Shown here: positions 23,362 through 35,700 of the stretch, piece by piece | Layout: each line of letters opens with the position of its first letter | Numbering within the stretch: position 1 is the stretch's first letter | DNA from: Chiloscyllium plagiosum | Taxonomy: Eukaryota | Assembly: GCF_004010195.1 (NCBI RefSeq) | Contig: NC_057720.1 | Coordinates: 5,197,662 to 5,234,594, forward strand | Direction of reading: 5' to 3' | DNA: 36,933 nt | Notes under the pieces: generated by a model | Database searches by the model: none | The model's input: only the letters and a program-made list of their open reading frames with translations | Told to the model about the DNA's origin: nothing | Translations under genes and position numbers: made by a program

Positions 23362-26259
23362 TAATTACTGTTCAGTATAGCAATCTGAGTAAGTATCTTA
23401 TTGTTCCTGAGATCAATAAACCCAGTAAACATTCGGTTGTCATTCCATCCAATAAATGCAATTGATATCTTATATTGCAATTCAGTAATTGCATATGATT
23501 CTTGTTGCTTAAAGCAATAGTCATACTTTATCATGAATTATCAAGGATGCAACAGCAAAAAGATTGAAATGTTGATAGTTCTAATTTGTAGCAAGCTTCC
23601 AAACTGCTTTCCAGTTCAAATATCACAAAAATTGTGCAATTTTGCCTGAGTACTATCATAGATGTAAATTTTTTGAGTTCGTGTCCATTTAAAAAAAAAT
23701 TTCTGCCTATTCAGAGCAAATACTGAAAGTTGCCACTGTAATTTTAATTTACTGTGTATATAATTCTGTAAAACATTCCTGTTCATTGCTCCTCATTTTC
23801 TTTCTAACTCGAATTCAAATGTCAAAACATTGCTCATAGTAAAATTATATGTATTAGAAATGAGTATTCTCTACAAGGAAACAAATGGAAGGATATACAG
23901 AATAATTGAACAGCCTATACAATGGAATGAAAAACAATTTCTTCTAGTATACACTTTTATAATTCATCAATCCTGCTAAAACATTCTAATTCTCAGTTTA
24001 TCGATCTTAATGTGTATCTAATCAATGTCAGTGTAAACCGCATGAAAATATTGAATCGTTTTATTTGTTAAATGACTAAAATAATTATTACTGAATTGTA
24101 TTACAAAAGTGAATTATATTTTAACTATCCACTGAGGTCAAATGACCATCGATCCTAAATTGGACATTCTCAATTCACCCAAAGCTGGACGAACTGGGCT
24201 GAGCAGAAAATTCGCTGAACTCAATGAACCAGCAGCTAGTATCAGTTGGCTGCGGAGAACAGTGGAAACCCAAGTCAAAGTGATCACAAAATTTCAGGGG
24301 GATCCAGTTACAACCAGCTCAATAGTTGTGTATTGGAGGAGTTTCATACAGAGTTTCTGTCATCTTGACTTCCTGCCAGTGGCTCAGCACTTTACACTTC
24401 TCCACCATGGCAAAATCAAAGGGTGTTGGAGTCACCCTGCTGGAAGCTTTCAATCCAGTTCATGGACATAGTAGGACCTTTAGCACTCGACTATTAGTCA
24501 TTTCCAAACCATTTAAAACCGCTTAACATTATTGAAATCAAAGTGCACACAAACACTGTGATACATAAAAACACATGCCTGTCTTCAAGGCCATATAATT
24601 ACTGTTCAGTTGAAAATGCTTCGGAGGTAACATATGCTTGGGTTGTATATCCACAGCACACATCTGGTTATCACCACATCCAAGTCATCTGCAAGAGATA
24701 ATTGACACACTACATGTTGATCAGATTGATAATCACTCTTTAATAATAATGCCTGAGGATATTAATTTAAAAATGTATATGTGATGATATTACTGAATAT
24801 TTGAAAGATTTCCAATAATTTTCCAGTGCAATCATCAATTATAAATGTTTAATCGTGGCTGAGTACATCAATACCTGCAAGATTTTAAATCAAATCTCCA
24901 CGAAAATTACTCATTTGTTTATTCAGACCAAATATTGAAAAAATCCTCTGTAAATGCCACTGACTGTATTTTTATAGGATACCCACTTTCCTCATCTAGT
25001 TATTTTTGTCCTAATTGTGACTTGAACGTCTAAATAATGATTATATGAAAAATTGCCGGAAATGTACTATGTTTTATTGAGAAGAAAAGCAGAGAAAGGA
25101 ATTCAGTACAAACATTTATCTTGTTTTGAATGCCACATCCAGCTCGTGATAAAAATGTTCTAAATTTCCTGTGCTGTTTTTTGTGCAAAGTGAAGTCACA
25201 TAGATTTGCTGTTCAGTTCAACAAATTTAATCATTTTTGAAATCTTGAAAGTCCTGCTTTAAAAAAAAGCAAAAGAGGAATTATCCTTCAGCTGATTAAT
25301 CACATTAAATGAATGTTTGCTTTTATGGATCATGTGCACTGCAAACTTACATCAATTCAAAATACATGTTCCTTCAAGTAAACCAATAGAACGAAATACA
25401 TAATTCTTCTATCATCTGCATTTTTGAGCAAAATTACTGAATGGCTCATTTTTTCTTCAATCCATTAATATATTTTATTCTTCAGTTTACCGATTTTAAT
25501 GAACATCCAATCAACATCAGAGCAAAGTACTTTCAAAATATTTAATCAATTTATTTGTTCAGGTTAACAAAAATAATTATCGAGTCATTATCATTACAAT
25601 AATTGTGAAATAATTTAAGTTTGTCCTTTGAAGGTTATGGTGAATTTCATGAATTAATTTAATCTATTCTTTAACTTAATCCATTGGAACAATACTACAA
25701 TATGAAAATGTATTTTCTTTCAGGTCAACTATCCACAATGGAATCCAAGACTTACCATTCAAATCTCATTGTAATTACAGGTATCTGACGTTTGCTCATA
25801 TGAATGATCACAGTAATCTCACCCTTGTAGATTGAGGTTTTCACTGCAATAATTTCTGTTCATCGCTACACATTGCAAAATCACATTTCTGATTCTTCTA
25901 ACTGCACTAACAGAAGTTTGAAAATCTATGTGTTACTAATAGCCAGTAATTGCTCAGTTCAGTAATGGGTATAAATGTGGAATTATATCTCAGCATACGA
26001 ACTAATGTGAAGACATTGCAGTGTACAAACTCACAATCATTCGGAATATCATATTATATTTTAACCATGGAAACAGAGTTGAATTGATTTCATTATATTT
26101 CACTTCAATGATCATATTTATTTGTATTTCTAATCACAGACTATTTTAGATGTTACAAAATTCTATATAATTCATGTAACTTTTTAAGGTCGCAAAGTGA
26201 ACTTAAAACCCATTTGCTCTTTCCTTTATCAATCGTAACAATTTGTGTATTGAAGAAAC

Positions 26260-26525
26260 GGAGTTGGATACAGCACGAAAACAGGCCATTCAGCCCAACC
26301 TGTCCATACCGACCAGGTTTTGTAAACTGAACTAATCCCATTACCTGCATTTGGCCCATAACCTTCTGGACCTTTCCTCGCCACCTAACTGTCCAAGAGT
26401 CTTTTAAATGTCGTAATTGTACCAACCTCTACCACTTCCTCTGACAGCTCATTTCATCTGCACACCATACTGGCGCAAAAAGTTGACCCTCAGGCCCCTT
26501 TTAAATCTTTCCCCTCTCACCTTTA
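26260..26525 (-). mobile_element. CR1 LINE 3' end
   Basis: tacagcacgaaaacaggccattcagcccaac...ttaaatctttcccctctcacc, similar to 11190-11450. Confidence 0.88.
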
Positions 26526-26734
26526 CAGTCGTAAAGACTGTAAACTCTTTACGACTACAAAGTTCTTAAAATTTTGGGGGAATTTAAAAGCAGCATAATG
26601 ACATTCATGCATAATTCGTGACCCGAAGCAAATAATTTGGAGGTATTGTGATCATTAAAGTGGATTTAATGTTAGAGTGAAATGCAATTCGGTAGCTATT
26701 TATATATTTCTTCATCAAATTTCAGAGGTGCTTT

Positions 26735-26810
26735 GATACACCTCTGTGGAAGGTGGGAATTGAATCCTGGTCTACTCGAAGAGACATTACCGGAGCTCCA
26801 TAAGAGTTTT
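26735..26810 (-). mobile_element. Short tRNA-derived SINE relic
   Basis: The reverse complement has a ccaggattcaattcccacc B-box; same family as 21843-21960. Confidence 0.5.
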
Positions 26811-27394
26811 CCATTATGTTCCCACTCAGGAATGGGAGGACGAAAATCACATGTTTACTGTAGATACTCTCATGAAAACTGCTCAGATATTTATTATAAT
26901 AATTGCACTGGGATGAAATCAGATACTTTCTGTGTGTAATGGACTGACAAAAATAATAATGTTGGAGCTAAACAGCAATGGTCTTGATTAAATATAAATC
27001 GTGTGATAATTCGCAGGAAGTTGAAGGGAGAATCAGTGAAGACTAACAATAAATCAAATGATACAATATGATTCAACAGTTATTCATTTACCTAAATGAA
27101 ACTTAAACTGCATTGCAAAGGTCATAAATTGGAAATAATGTATTTTTGATTCAATATGACTCCTCAGCTGAAGAAAACGTCCCTTATTTCCACAAATTTG
27201 TGATTTGTACCAATTCAAGATCCACTGTTGAAGAAAAGAACAAACATATGTTAATTCTGTTTTGAATACATAAGTAACCCATGAAATTGAAATGCTTTTG
27301 AGCCTGAAAAATATTAAACTCTTACTGTAATAGTTAGAAATATAGAAATGCTAGCGTTATTGTGAAAGACAATCAATGCAAGAAACCATAGAAA

Positions 27395-27502
27395 TGTGCA
27401 TGTTGGAAATCAGAAATTGCTGGAATAAAGCTCAGCAAGTCTGGCAGCATCTGCAGAGAGAAGCAGAGTTCATGTTTTGGGTCCAGTGACCCTTCATCAA
27501 AA
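27395..27502. mobile_element. Penelope-derived arm
   Basis: cagaaattgctgga..ctcagcaagtctggcagcatctg..gacccttcatca. Confidence 0.75.
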
Positions 27503-27734
27503 CACATTTTTGTTCACAACCAATTCACATCAGCACAGTTTCCACTGTTGAAGCGGAAATCAATATTCACAATGATCGGGAGAATATACAATTAAAACGT
27601 TTACATCAGCTGATGAACTGAGCTATATTTCCACAATGTCGGAAACCTGGATGGAAAAAAATCTAATACTATATATTGGAAATAATTAGATTTTTAAAAA
27701 ATCTGGAAGTAGTAAACTTAAGAAATTTGACATA

Positions 27735-28039
27735 TTAGATTAGATTACTTCCTGTGTGGAAACAGGCCCTTCTGCCCAACAAGTCCACACTGCCCCGCCG
27801 AAGCGCAACCCACCCATACATCTACGCCTTACCTAACACTACGGGCAATTTAGCACGGCCAATTCATCTGACCTGCACACCTTTGGACTGTGGGAGGAAA
27901 AGGAGCATCCGGAGGAAACCCACGCAGACACGGGGAGAATGTGCAAACTCCACACAGTCAGTCGCCTGACGCAGGAATTGGACCCGGGTCTCTGTCGCTG
28001 TGAGGCAGCAGTGCTAACCACTGTGCGACCGTGCTGCCC
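27735..28039 (-). mobile_element. Full-length HE1/V-SINE
   Basis: Highly similar to 12398-12724. Confidence 0.95.
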
Positions 28040-28114
28040 ACCTCTCATTGTTATTTTCGACAAAACCAGATGTGAAGTTATTTATAGTTGGCAGATGTGT
28101 TGTCACTGAGGACG

Positions 28115-28255
28115 CTTTTGTGGAAGGTCAGTCAACCCAAAACATTAACTCTGCTTTCTCTCTACTAATGCTGCAAGACCTGCTGACTATTCCCAGAAAT
28201 TTCAAGTTCTTGTTTCTGATCTACAGCATCTACAGATCTTTCCGTTTTTATTTAT
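28115..28255. mobile_element. Penelope-derived arm
   Basis: aacattaactctgctttctctc..gacctgctga..cagcatct. Confidence 0.7.
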
Positions 28256-29404
28256 AATTAATGTTAGAATTCTAAAAAAAAACTGTTTCAATGCTTTCAA
28301 AGTAGCTTACTTTGATGTTGATTAAATATTCATTAAGATCAGTAAACAGGATTTAAACAAGGTAACTAGGTTGATAGTAAACTAATGGTCATTATCAAAC
28401 AGAATTATACTTTCATTCAAAAATGCAGGCAATTCAATAATTCTCTCTTCTTTCCATTGTATTTCTTGGAGAGAAAGGAAATTTATAATTTGTCAAATTT
28501 TAACGCAATCAGTGGTTAGATGTTTGGGACAGAATTAGACAGAACGTGAATAGATAATGAATATGATGATCCTATTTAGTAAAAGTTACAATCCATGACA
28601 TTTGGTAGAAAGAAGAATTGTGACACACTTGTGAAACATTGTACATTGACAAATAATTTGGGATAAAAGTTTTAACATTTCTGTATCTTGAAATCACTTT
28701 TTCATACATTGAACTAAAAATTTAAAAACAATGTGCATGACTTGGAAAAGAAGAAAAGGTATTAAAGATGACAGATCAGCTAAAAACAAATTCCCTTTTT
28801 CCAAACATGTGGTATTTAATGAAATCATTGGAAATTTAATGAATTTTTAGCAAGAACTACAATAAATGTGAACAATGAAGTGAAATATAATCAAATCAAT
28901 CTAACTAAGTTTCCACCCATGAAATTAAATTTAGCTATGTTTGGGAGATTGTAGAGTGCAATGTGTTTTTGAGTCAATTGATGTACTAAGCCATAATTCC
29001 ACATCTGCAGCTGGATATATTGGAGTTAAACCTGTTCGTTATTCGCAAGAAAATGGTTTAAGAATAATGAGAAAAAATTTATTGCAATGTGACTGTGCAA
29101 TATGTTGGCGAGAACGAAAATATTGTTGTGAAAATTCATTAGACTGCTTATAATTGATAAAGCTGATTAATAATCCTTGCATTAAAATGAGTAGTGAGAT
29201 GAAAGAGTATCAGATATTTACTATGAGTGTTGGATGAAAAATCTTTGGTTGATTACTGGTGTGTTGACCAGAAAAAAATGTTAATATTTCATGATGATAC
29301 TGGCATTAAGAAATAATGGATTAAAATAAAGGGGGAATCTCATGACGCTTGTTACAAAGACTAAATTTCATTAAGGTGTGATAATTAAAATAAAAAAATC
29401 TTCA

Positions 29405-29615
29405 TAGAGAAGGCAATGGCTTCGTAGCATTTTTGCTAGCCTGTTAATCCAGAGATCCAGATGATGTTCTGGGGACCCATATTTGAATCCCACCACGGCA
29501 GGTCTGACTCCAAACCCACAACAACGTGGCTGACTCTCAACTGTCCTCTGGGCAGTTAGGAATGGGAAATAACTGCTGTCCTGTACAGCGACACCCTCAT
29601 TCTGTGAAGGCATAT
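29405..29615 (+). mobile_element. Internally deleted Deu-domain SINE (SacSINE1-like)
   Basis: taatccagaga..gaatcccaccacggcag head and tgactccaaacccacaacaacgtggctgactctcaactgtcctctg Deu motif. Confidence 0.7.
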
Positions 29616-29825
29616 AATGTTAGAACTCAACAATTAAAATGATTCGATATTTTCAAAACGGTTTGGTTTGATCTTGACTAGATATTCATTAAGATTGGTA
29701 AACCGAGGATTAAAATATTGTTTCTTTTTGATGACATTCAGAGATTATTGATCAGAATTGCTTTGTCATTCAAGAGTCTCATTTATTCAAGAATTCTATA
29801 TTTCCCTTATTTTCCTTCGTTCTTC

Positions 29826-30842
29826 CACAGGATCTGTACTGGGACTCTGTTGTTTATGGCGTACAAAAAATGACTTAGATGAAAATATAAATGATGTATT
29901 AGTAAGTGTGCAGACAATGCAAAGGTTGGGGGAATAGTGGATGTTGTGGAGGGTTACGAAATATTACAGTGGGACATAGAAAAGCTGCAGATATGGGCAG
30001 AGAAATAGCAGATGGAGTTTAATCCATGTAAGTGTGAGGTGCTGCTCTTTGAGAGATTAAATAGTAAGGAAAAGTATATGGTGAAAGACAGGACCCTGAA
30101 CAGCTTTGTTGTTCATGGGAATCGTGTAATTCAAGTCCACGTCTCCCTTAAAGAGAACATGCAAGTCGATAAGGTGGTAAAGATGGCATTTGGCATGCCT
30201 GTCTCTATTAGTGCGCAAATTGATTACCAGAGTCAGGTTGTCATGTTGCAGCTTTATAAGACTTTGGTTAGGTCATACTTAGAGTGCTGTGTTCAATTGT
30301 GTTCATCACATTACAGGAAGGATGCAGTGACTTCTGAGGGGACGCAGAGGGTGCTTACTAGGATGCTGCCTTTTTTAGAGGGTATGAACTATAATGAGAT
30401 GCCAGAAAAGCTCAGGATATTTTCTCTGTAGCAGTGGACTTTGAGGGGAGACTTGATCAGATCAGGCAAAATTATGAGATGCATAGATAAGGTTAACAGT
30501 CAGAATGATTTTCTGAGAATTGAAATGTCAAAGACTAGGTGGCATGCACTTAAGGTGGAGGGATGGGGTGGGTGGATGGAGGGGACTTCAAAGGAGATGC
30601 AAGGGGCAAATATATTTTTAAAGAGAGTGTTAGGTGTCTGAAATGGACTTCTGGGGTGATGGTGAAGGCAGATATAATTGGAGAGTTTAACAGTCATTTA
30701 GATTGGCACATGAATATAGAAGGACTGGAGGGTTATGGGCCAAGTCAGGAAGAAGGGAAGAGTTTAATTTGGCATCATGCTCGGGATGATGTCACTGGGA
30801 AAGTGTCCATTCCTGTGCTGCACAGGTCAATGTTCTATGCTC
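29826..30842 (+). mobile_element. CR1 LINE ORF2 3' fragment
   Basis: GSVLG, NDLDE, QMEFNPCKCEVL, LYKTLVRSYLECCVQ, and the CR1 tail. Confidence 0.92.
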
Positions 30843-31837
30843 ATTTCAAGTGCAATGATGTGTAACTCACATGACATTTAATATAATGAATATTTAACCG
30901 TGACTGTCAAAATTAGGAATAAAATAGAAAAACAACAAACTTGAGTATAATCGAAAGATATGGTCAATGACATTTACAGAGGTAATTTTTCAATTTTTGT
31001 TCTGAATTAACAAATATCTTTAAGGCATGTGTTTAAAATATTTGTACTGAGCCATAATTTTTCACTGATAGTTTGACTAGATACCTGTCAGAAAACTTCT
31101 GAAATTCATATCTTACCTTAATCCATTATTTCTTCGTGCCAATACTACAATAAACCAAAGCATTTTATTCATGTTCATAAAACAAAAGCATTAATTTTCC
31201 ATACAATGCTCATTGGAAATAGCTGATTGCTACTCATATTAACAGTCAAAGTAATCACAGCGCCATCCATAATGAGATATCTAAAGACATTTTATCCAAT
31301 AAATACTGTTTATTTATACATATTGCTTGTTCAACTAGCAATGTGAGATTTCTCATTAATATTCAGCTCACTCATAGCATATTAGTAATTTAGTTATTGC
31401 TAATATCTAATAGTTGCTCAGTACATTAAGGGGTATAACAGTTGAATTATGGCTCAGTACATCAACGGATGAAAAGGATTTGCAGTGTTCAATCTCCCAA
31501 TTATTGTGAATATTGATGTGTGTTTTGAATTGATTATATTTTTCTTCAATGCTTAAATTTCTGACCAAACTGAGTTAAATATTTTAATGTGAAAAAATAG
31601 TTCAATTTTTGTGAGTATTTTTGTGTAAACAAGAAAAAGAATTTACAGCTGTTTGCTCTTTCCTTTTTCAATAAGAGTAAATTTTGAATTGTTGAAAGTT
31701 GTACAGTAGTGGAAGGAAGGGAATTTGGCTGCAACTGAATAGTCACATTGAATAACACTTTTTTCTGATTTCTTAATGTTGCAAAAAATTCTGATTGTCT
31801 TTTTATTATAAGAACAAATACTTTAAACATATTGAAT

Positions 31838-32583
31838 NNNNNNNNNNNNNNNNNNNNNNNNNNNNNNNNNNNNNNNNNNNNNNNNNNNNNNNNNNNNNNN
31901 NNNNNNNNNNNNNNNNNNNNNNNNNNNNNNNNNNNNNNNNNNNNNNNNNNNNNNNNNNNNNNNNNNNNNNNNNNNNNNNNNNNNNNNNNNNNNNNNNNNN
32001 NNNNNNNNNNNNNNNNNNNNNNNNNNNNNNNNNNNNNNNNNNNNNNNNNNNNNNNNNNNNNNNNNNNNNNNNNNNNNNNNNNNNNNNNNNNNNNNNNNNN
32101 NNNNNNNNNNNNNNNNNNNNNNNNNNNNNNNNNNNNNNNNNNNNNNNNNNNNNNNNNNNNNNNNNNNNNNNNNNNNNNNNNNNNNNNNNNNNNNNNNNNN
32201 NNNNNNNNNNNNNNNNNNNNNNNNNNNNNNNNNNNNNNNNNNNNNNNNNNNNNNNNNNNNNNNNNNNNNNNNNNNNNNNNNNNNNNNNNNNNNNNNNNNN
32301 NNNNNNNNNNNNNNNNNNNNNNNNNNNNNNNNNNNNNNNNNNNNNNNNNNNNNNNNNNNNNNNNNNNNNNNNNNNNNNNNNNNNNNNNNNNNNNNNNNNN
32401 NNNNNNNNNNNNNNNNNNNNNNNNNNNNNNNNNNNNNNNNNNNNNNNNNNNNNNNNNNNNNNNNNNNNNNNNNNNNNNNNNNNNNNNNNNNNNNNNNNNN
32501 NNNNNNNNNNNNNNNNNNNNNNNNNNNNNNNNNNNNNNNNNNNNNNNNNNNNNNNNNNNNNNNNNNNNNNNNNNNNNNNNNNN
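31838..32583. other. Assembly gap, 746 N
   Basis: Run of N. Confidence 0.99.
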
Positions 32584-32785
32584 GCACATTCTCCCCGTGT
32601 CTGTGTGGGTTTCGTCTGGGCATTCCGCCTTCCTCCCGCAGTCCAAAGATGTGTAGGTTAGGTGAATTGGCCATGCTAAATTGCCCGTAGTGAAAGGTGC
32701 ACTAATGAAAGGGAAATGGGTGACTCGTCGGAGGGTCGCTGTGTACTTGTTGGGCCAACGGGCGTTTCCCCACTGTAGGGAACTA
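32584..32785 (+). mobile_element. HE1/V-SINE 3' part (5' end in gap)
   Basis: gcacattctccccgtgtctg V-domain and 3' end. Confidence 0.9.
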
Positions 32786-35700
32786 AAAAAAATTCGATTA
32801 TGATCCATATGGTGAGCAATAGCATTTTACTGCCAATCAGCTCAGGAATGTTCACATATAATATATTCTCTGAATTCAATCCTGCAAAAGAGTTTCAATA
32901 AACATTTAACACATAAACAATATGCATTTCAGAAAATCACGTAGATCAGTTCTTTTTCTGTACTATGCAAGATAAAAAATTGATTTCTCCTTCAGTAAAT
33001 GAAACAGATGTCATTTCCTATTGCCCTTCAGTATCTTCATTACCTTTATTATACAACAAAATGTAATTCATCTCATTATTGCTCCATCTTTTGATCAAAT
33101 TAAATTTCTCCTTCCACTTCGATTGATGTACTGAGAGCTCATTTTATTTTCCTCTCGCCTACTTATATTCAGTGTGAAATTAAAATGTTTTGAAAATATT
33201 GGTGCGTTCACTTGAAAATCGAAGTTGCAAATGTCTCACTGATCACATGTTGTTTTTAAATGTGATTCTCAAAGGAATTAGAGTAAATTCTTACAACAGT
33301 GGCTTTAATTATGATCTTTAACACCCAATTGTTAATCCATTCCTATATCACATAAAAAAATCTCAATGTTATTCATATCAATGCTCACACAAAATGGCAC
33401 ATCGAGCCACACAAAAGTCTTGATGATCATATAATTAATACTGAGTAGAATCACCTGAGTAAGTTCCTTCTTGTTTCTGAGAGTCAGCACCATAGCAAAC
33501 ATTTACTGATCATTCTATCCATTGAATTCAATCGTTATCTTATATTTCAGTTCAGTAATTACACAGGACATATGCAGTTAAAACCAATAGTCATCTTTTT
33601 TATTACAGATGGCTGAGGACGCCAGCACCAACATAAATCGAGATGTTGACGATCCTGATTCGTTACAAGTTTTAGAACAGGTTCCCAGTCCAAAGTTGGC
33701 AAAACATTTCATTTTAGCTTAGTACAAATACTTTGTACTCATGTCTATTAAAAAAAAATCTTCATCTGCTTATTAAGAGAAAACACTGAAAATTGCCACT
33801 GTAAATTTTATTTATTGTTTTCATTCATGAAAATACTCATGTTAATTGCTTCTCATTTTCTTCTGAATTCTGATATAAATGTCGAAATACTGACCATAAT
33901 AAATTATATGAATTATAAAGGAGTGTTGTCTGCAAGAAAACCAAAGGAAGGAAGTATGGACTTCTTTGTAAAACAGCTCCACGTTTGGGAAATCAAAGTG
34001 TACACACACCCTGCACAAAGACGACATGACCATGTTCAAGGCCATCTAATTACTGCTGTGTAGAACACTCTTCTGAAGTATCTTATTGTCCTTGAGTTCA
34101 ATAAGCACAGCAAATATTTCGTTATCATCCCATTCAATGGATGCTAGATGTTGATATTCCTGAATATTTCTACGTTTTCTCATTGTCCAGTCTAATCATC
34201 ACTACAAAAGTGTAATTGAAGCTCGTTATATCGATACCTGCAAACATTTTGGAGTCATATACATTAAACGTATTTGTTTCTTCAGAGAAAATATTGAATA
34301 CCATTCTTCACCACTCAATGACATTGACTTTCATTCTGTAATATTAATTTTCCTTGCCTACTTATTTTCTTCCATGTTTTAGCGCAAATATCTAAATATT
34401 GATGATACATAAAGTAACTACAATTATGAATTATTTTTCTTCAGAAGCAAACCCAAGATAAGAAAAATAGAATATTGAAAAGCTGAGAATTTTGAATGAC
34501 AAAATAATTCTGATCAATGAGTACAGCATATCTGAGGTGCTTTTTACACACCATTTTTCCAACATTTTTATTCTCAGTGCACTGATTTTAATGAATATCT
34601 AATCAACATCAGAGCAATCTTGTTTAGAAATATTGAGTTATTTAAATTGTAAGACTTCTAACACTAATTTTCATTTCATTGTCATTCCAATAATTAGACA
34701 GTAATTCAGTTTAGTCTTTGTAACAACATCATGAGATTTGCATTTTAGTTAAGTCCATTATTTCTTAGTGTTTCATATTACAATGAAAAACAGATTATTT
34801 ATTCCAGGTCAACACACCCACTAAACAAACAATGACTTGCATTCCAGCACTCGCAGTAAATACCTTATTCTTTCTTGTTTGAATACGCTCAGGAATCATG
34901 ACGTAAATGTTCAGACATATAAATCAAGTCATGTCTGATTTCTTTTCACACCAATTATTACTGTTCATCTCTACACATTAGGTAGTTACATAACATGTAA
35001 TGTTATGTATTAACATAACATTAATACATCATTAATATGGTGCATTGAACTTTTTGTAATCCAGATTGTAGCCAAAAAATATTTTAACATTGTTCAAATA
35101 CAGTGTATCCAGCTTTAAGTATGATATTATGGCACAGTACATCAACTGATGCAACCATATTACATTGTAGTTTCCCATTCATCGAAAGCAGTTTTTTATT
35201 GTAATATTGCAGTCCCAGTTGATTTTTAGTTCAATAATGGAATACTATTGATTTTTCTTTTAATAGTGGATTCCTGTTGACTTGCTTTGATTAGAATTCA
35301 ATTCAATACAAACATGAATTGTGTTTCAAATGATCCCACTAAGACCTACATCTTTTACATACTAAAATTCTTTTAAAATTTTTCTGAAGTTTGTTGCATG
35401 CAAGAAAAAGTGCAGTTAAATCCATTTGTTTGTTCTTACACTAAATGTTCAATTCTTGGAAGTCCTACTTTTTGAAAAAGGAAAATTGTCTTCAGGTAAA
35501 ATATCACATTAAATGCCTGTTTCCTTTTTCAAAGCATGTTCTTCAAAATGATTATTATTTTAATTTGAATTGTAAAAAAGGATGCTTTGAATATGTTGTT
35601 TTTTAAACTTTTATTTCAACATTATTTATTAATGTGCAATAATTACACAATTATGCAAATCCTTTTTAAACCACATGTCATTCACTGCATCTTTTATTCA

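Noticed and set aside
23370..23534. LRR (DLRNNKI) or cadherin (NDN) motifs
   Set aside because: Not conserved in the paralogous unit (TLRNKKEL) and without the expected periodicity.
24142..24471. 109-aa plus-strand ORF as a gene
   Set aside because: No recognisable product; likely the antisense shadow of the minus-strand ApoB-like frame.
31546..32808. Long ORFs (274-420 aa) in the ORF track, and 18678-19349
   Set aside because: Artefacts of translating through N gaps.
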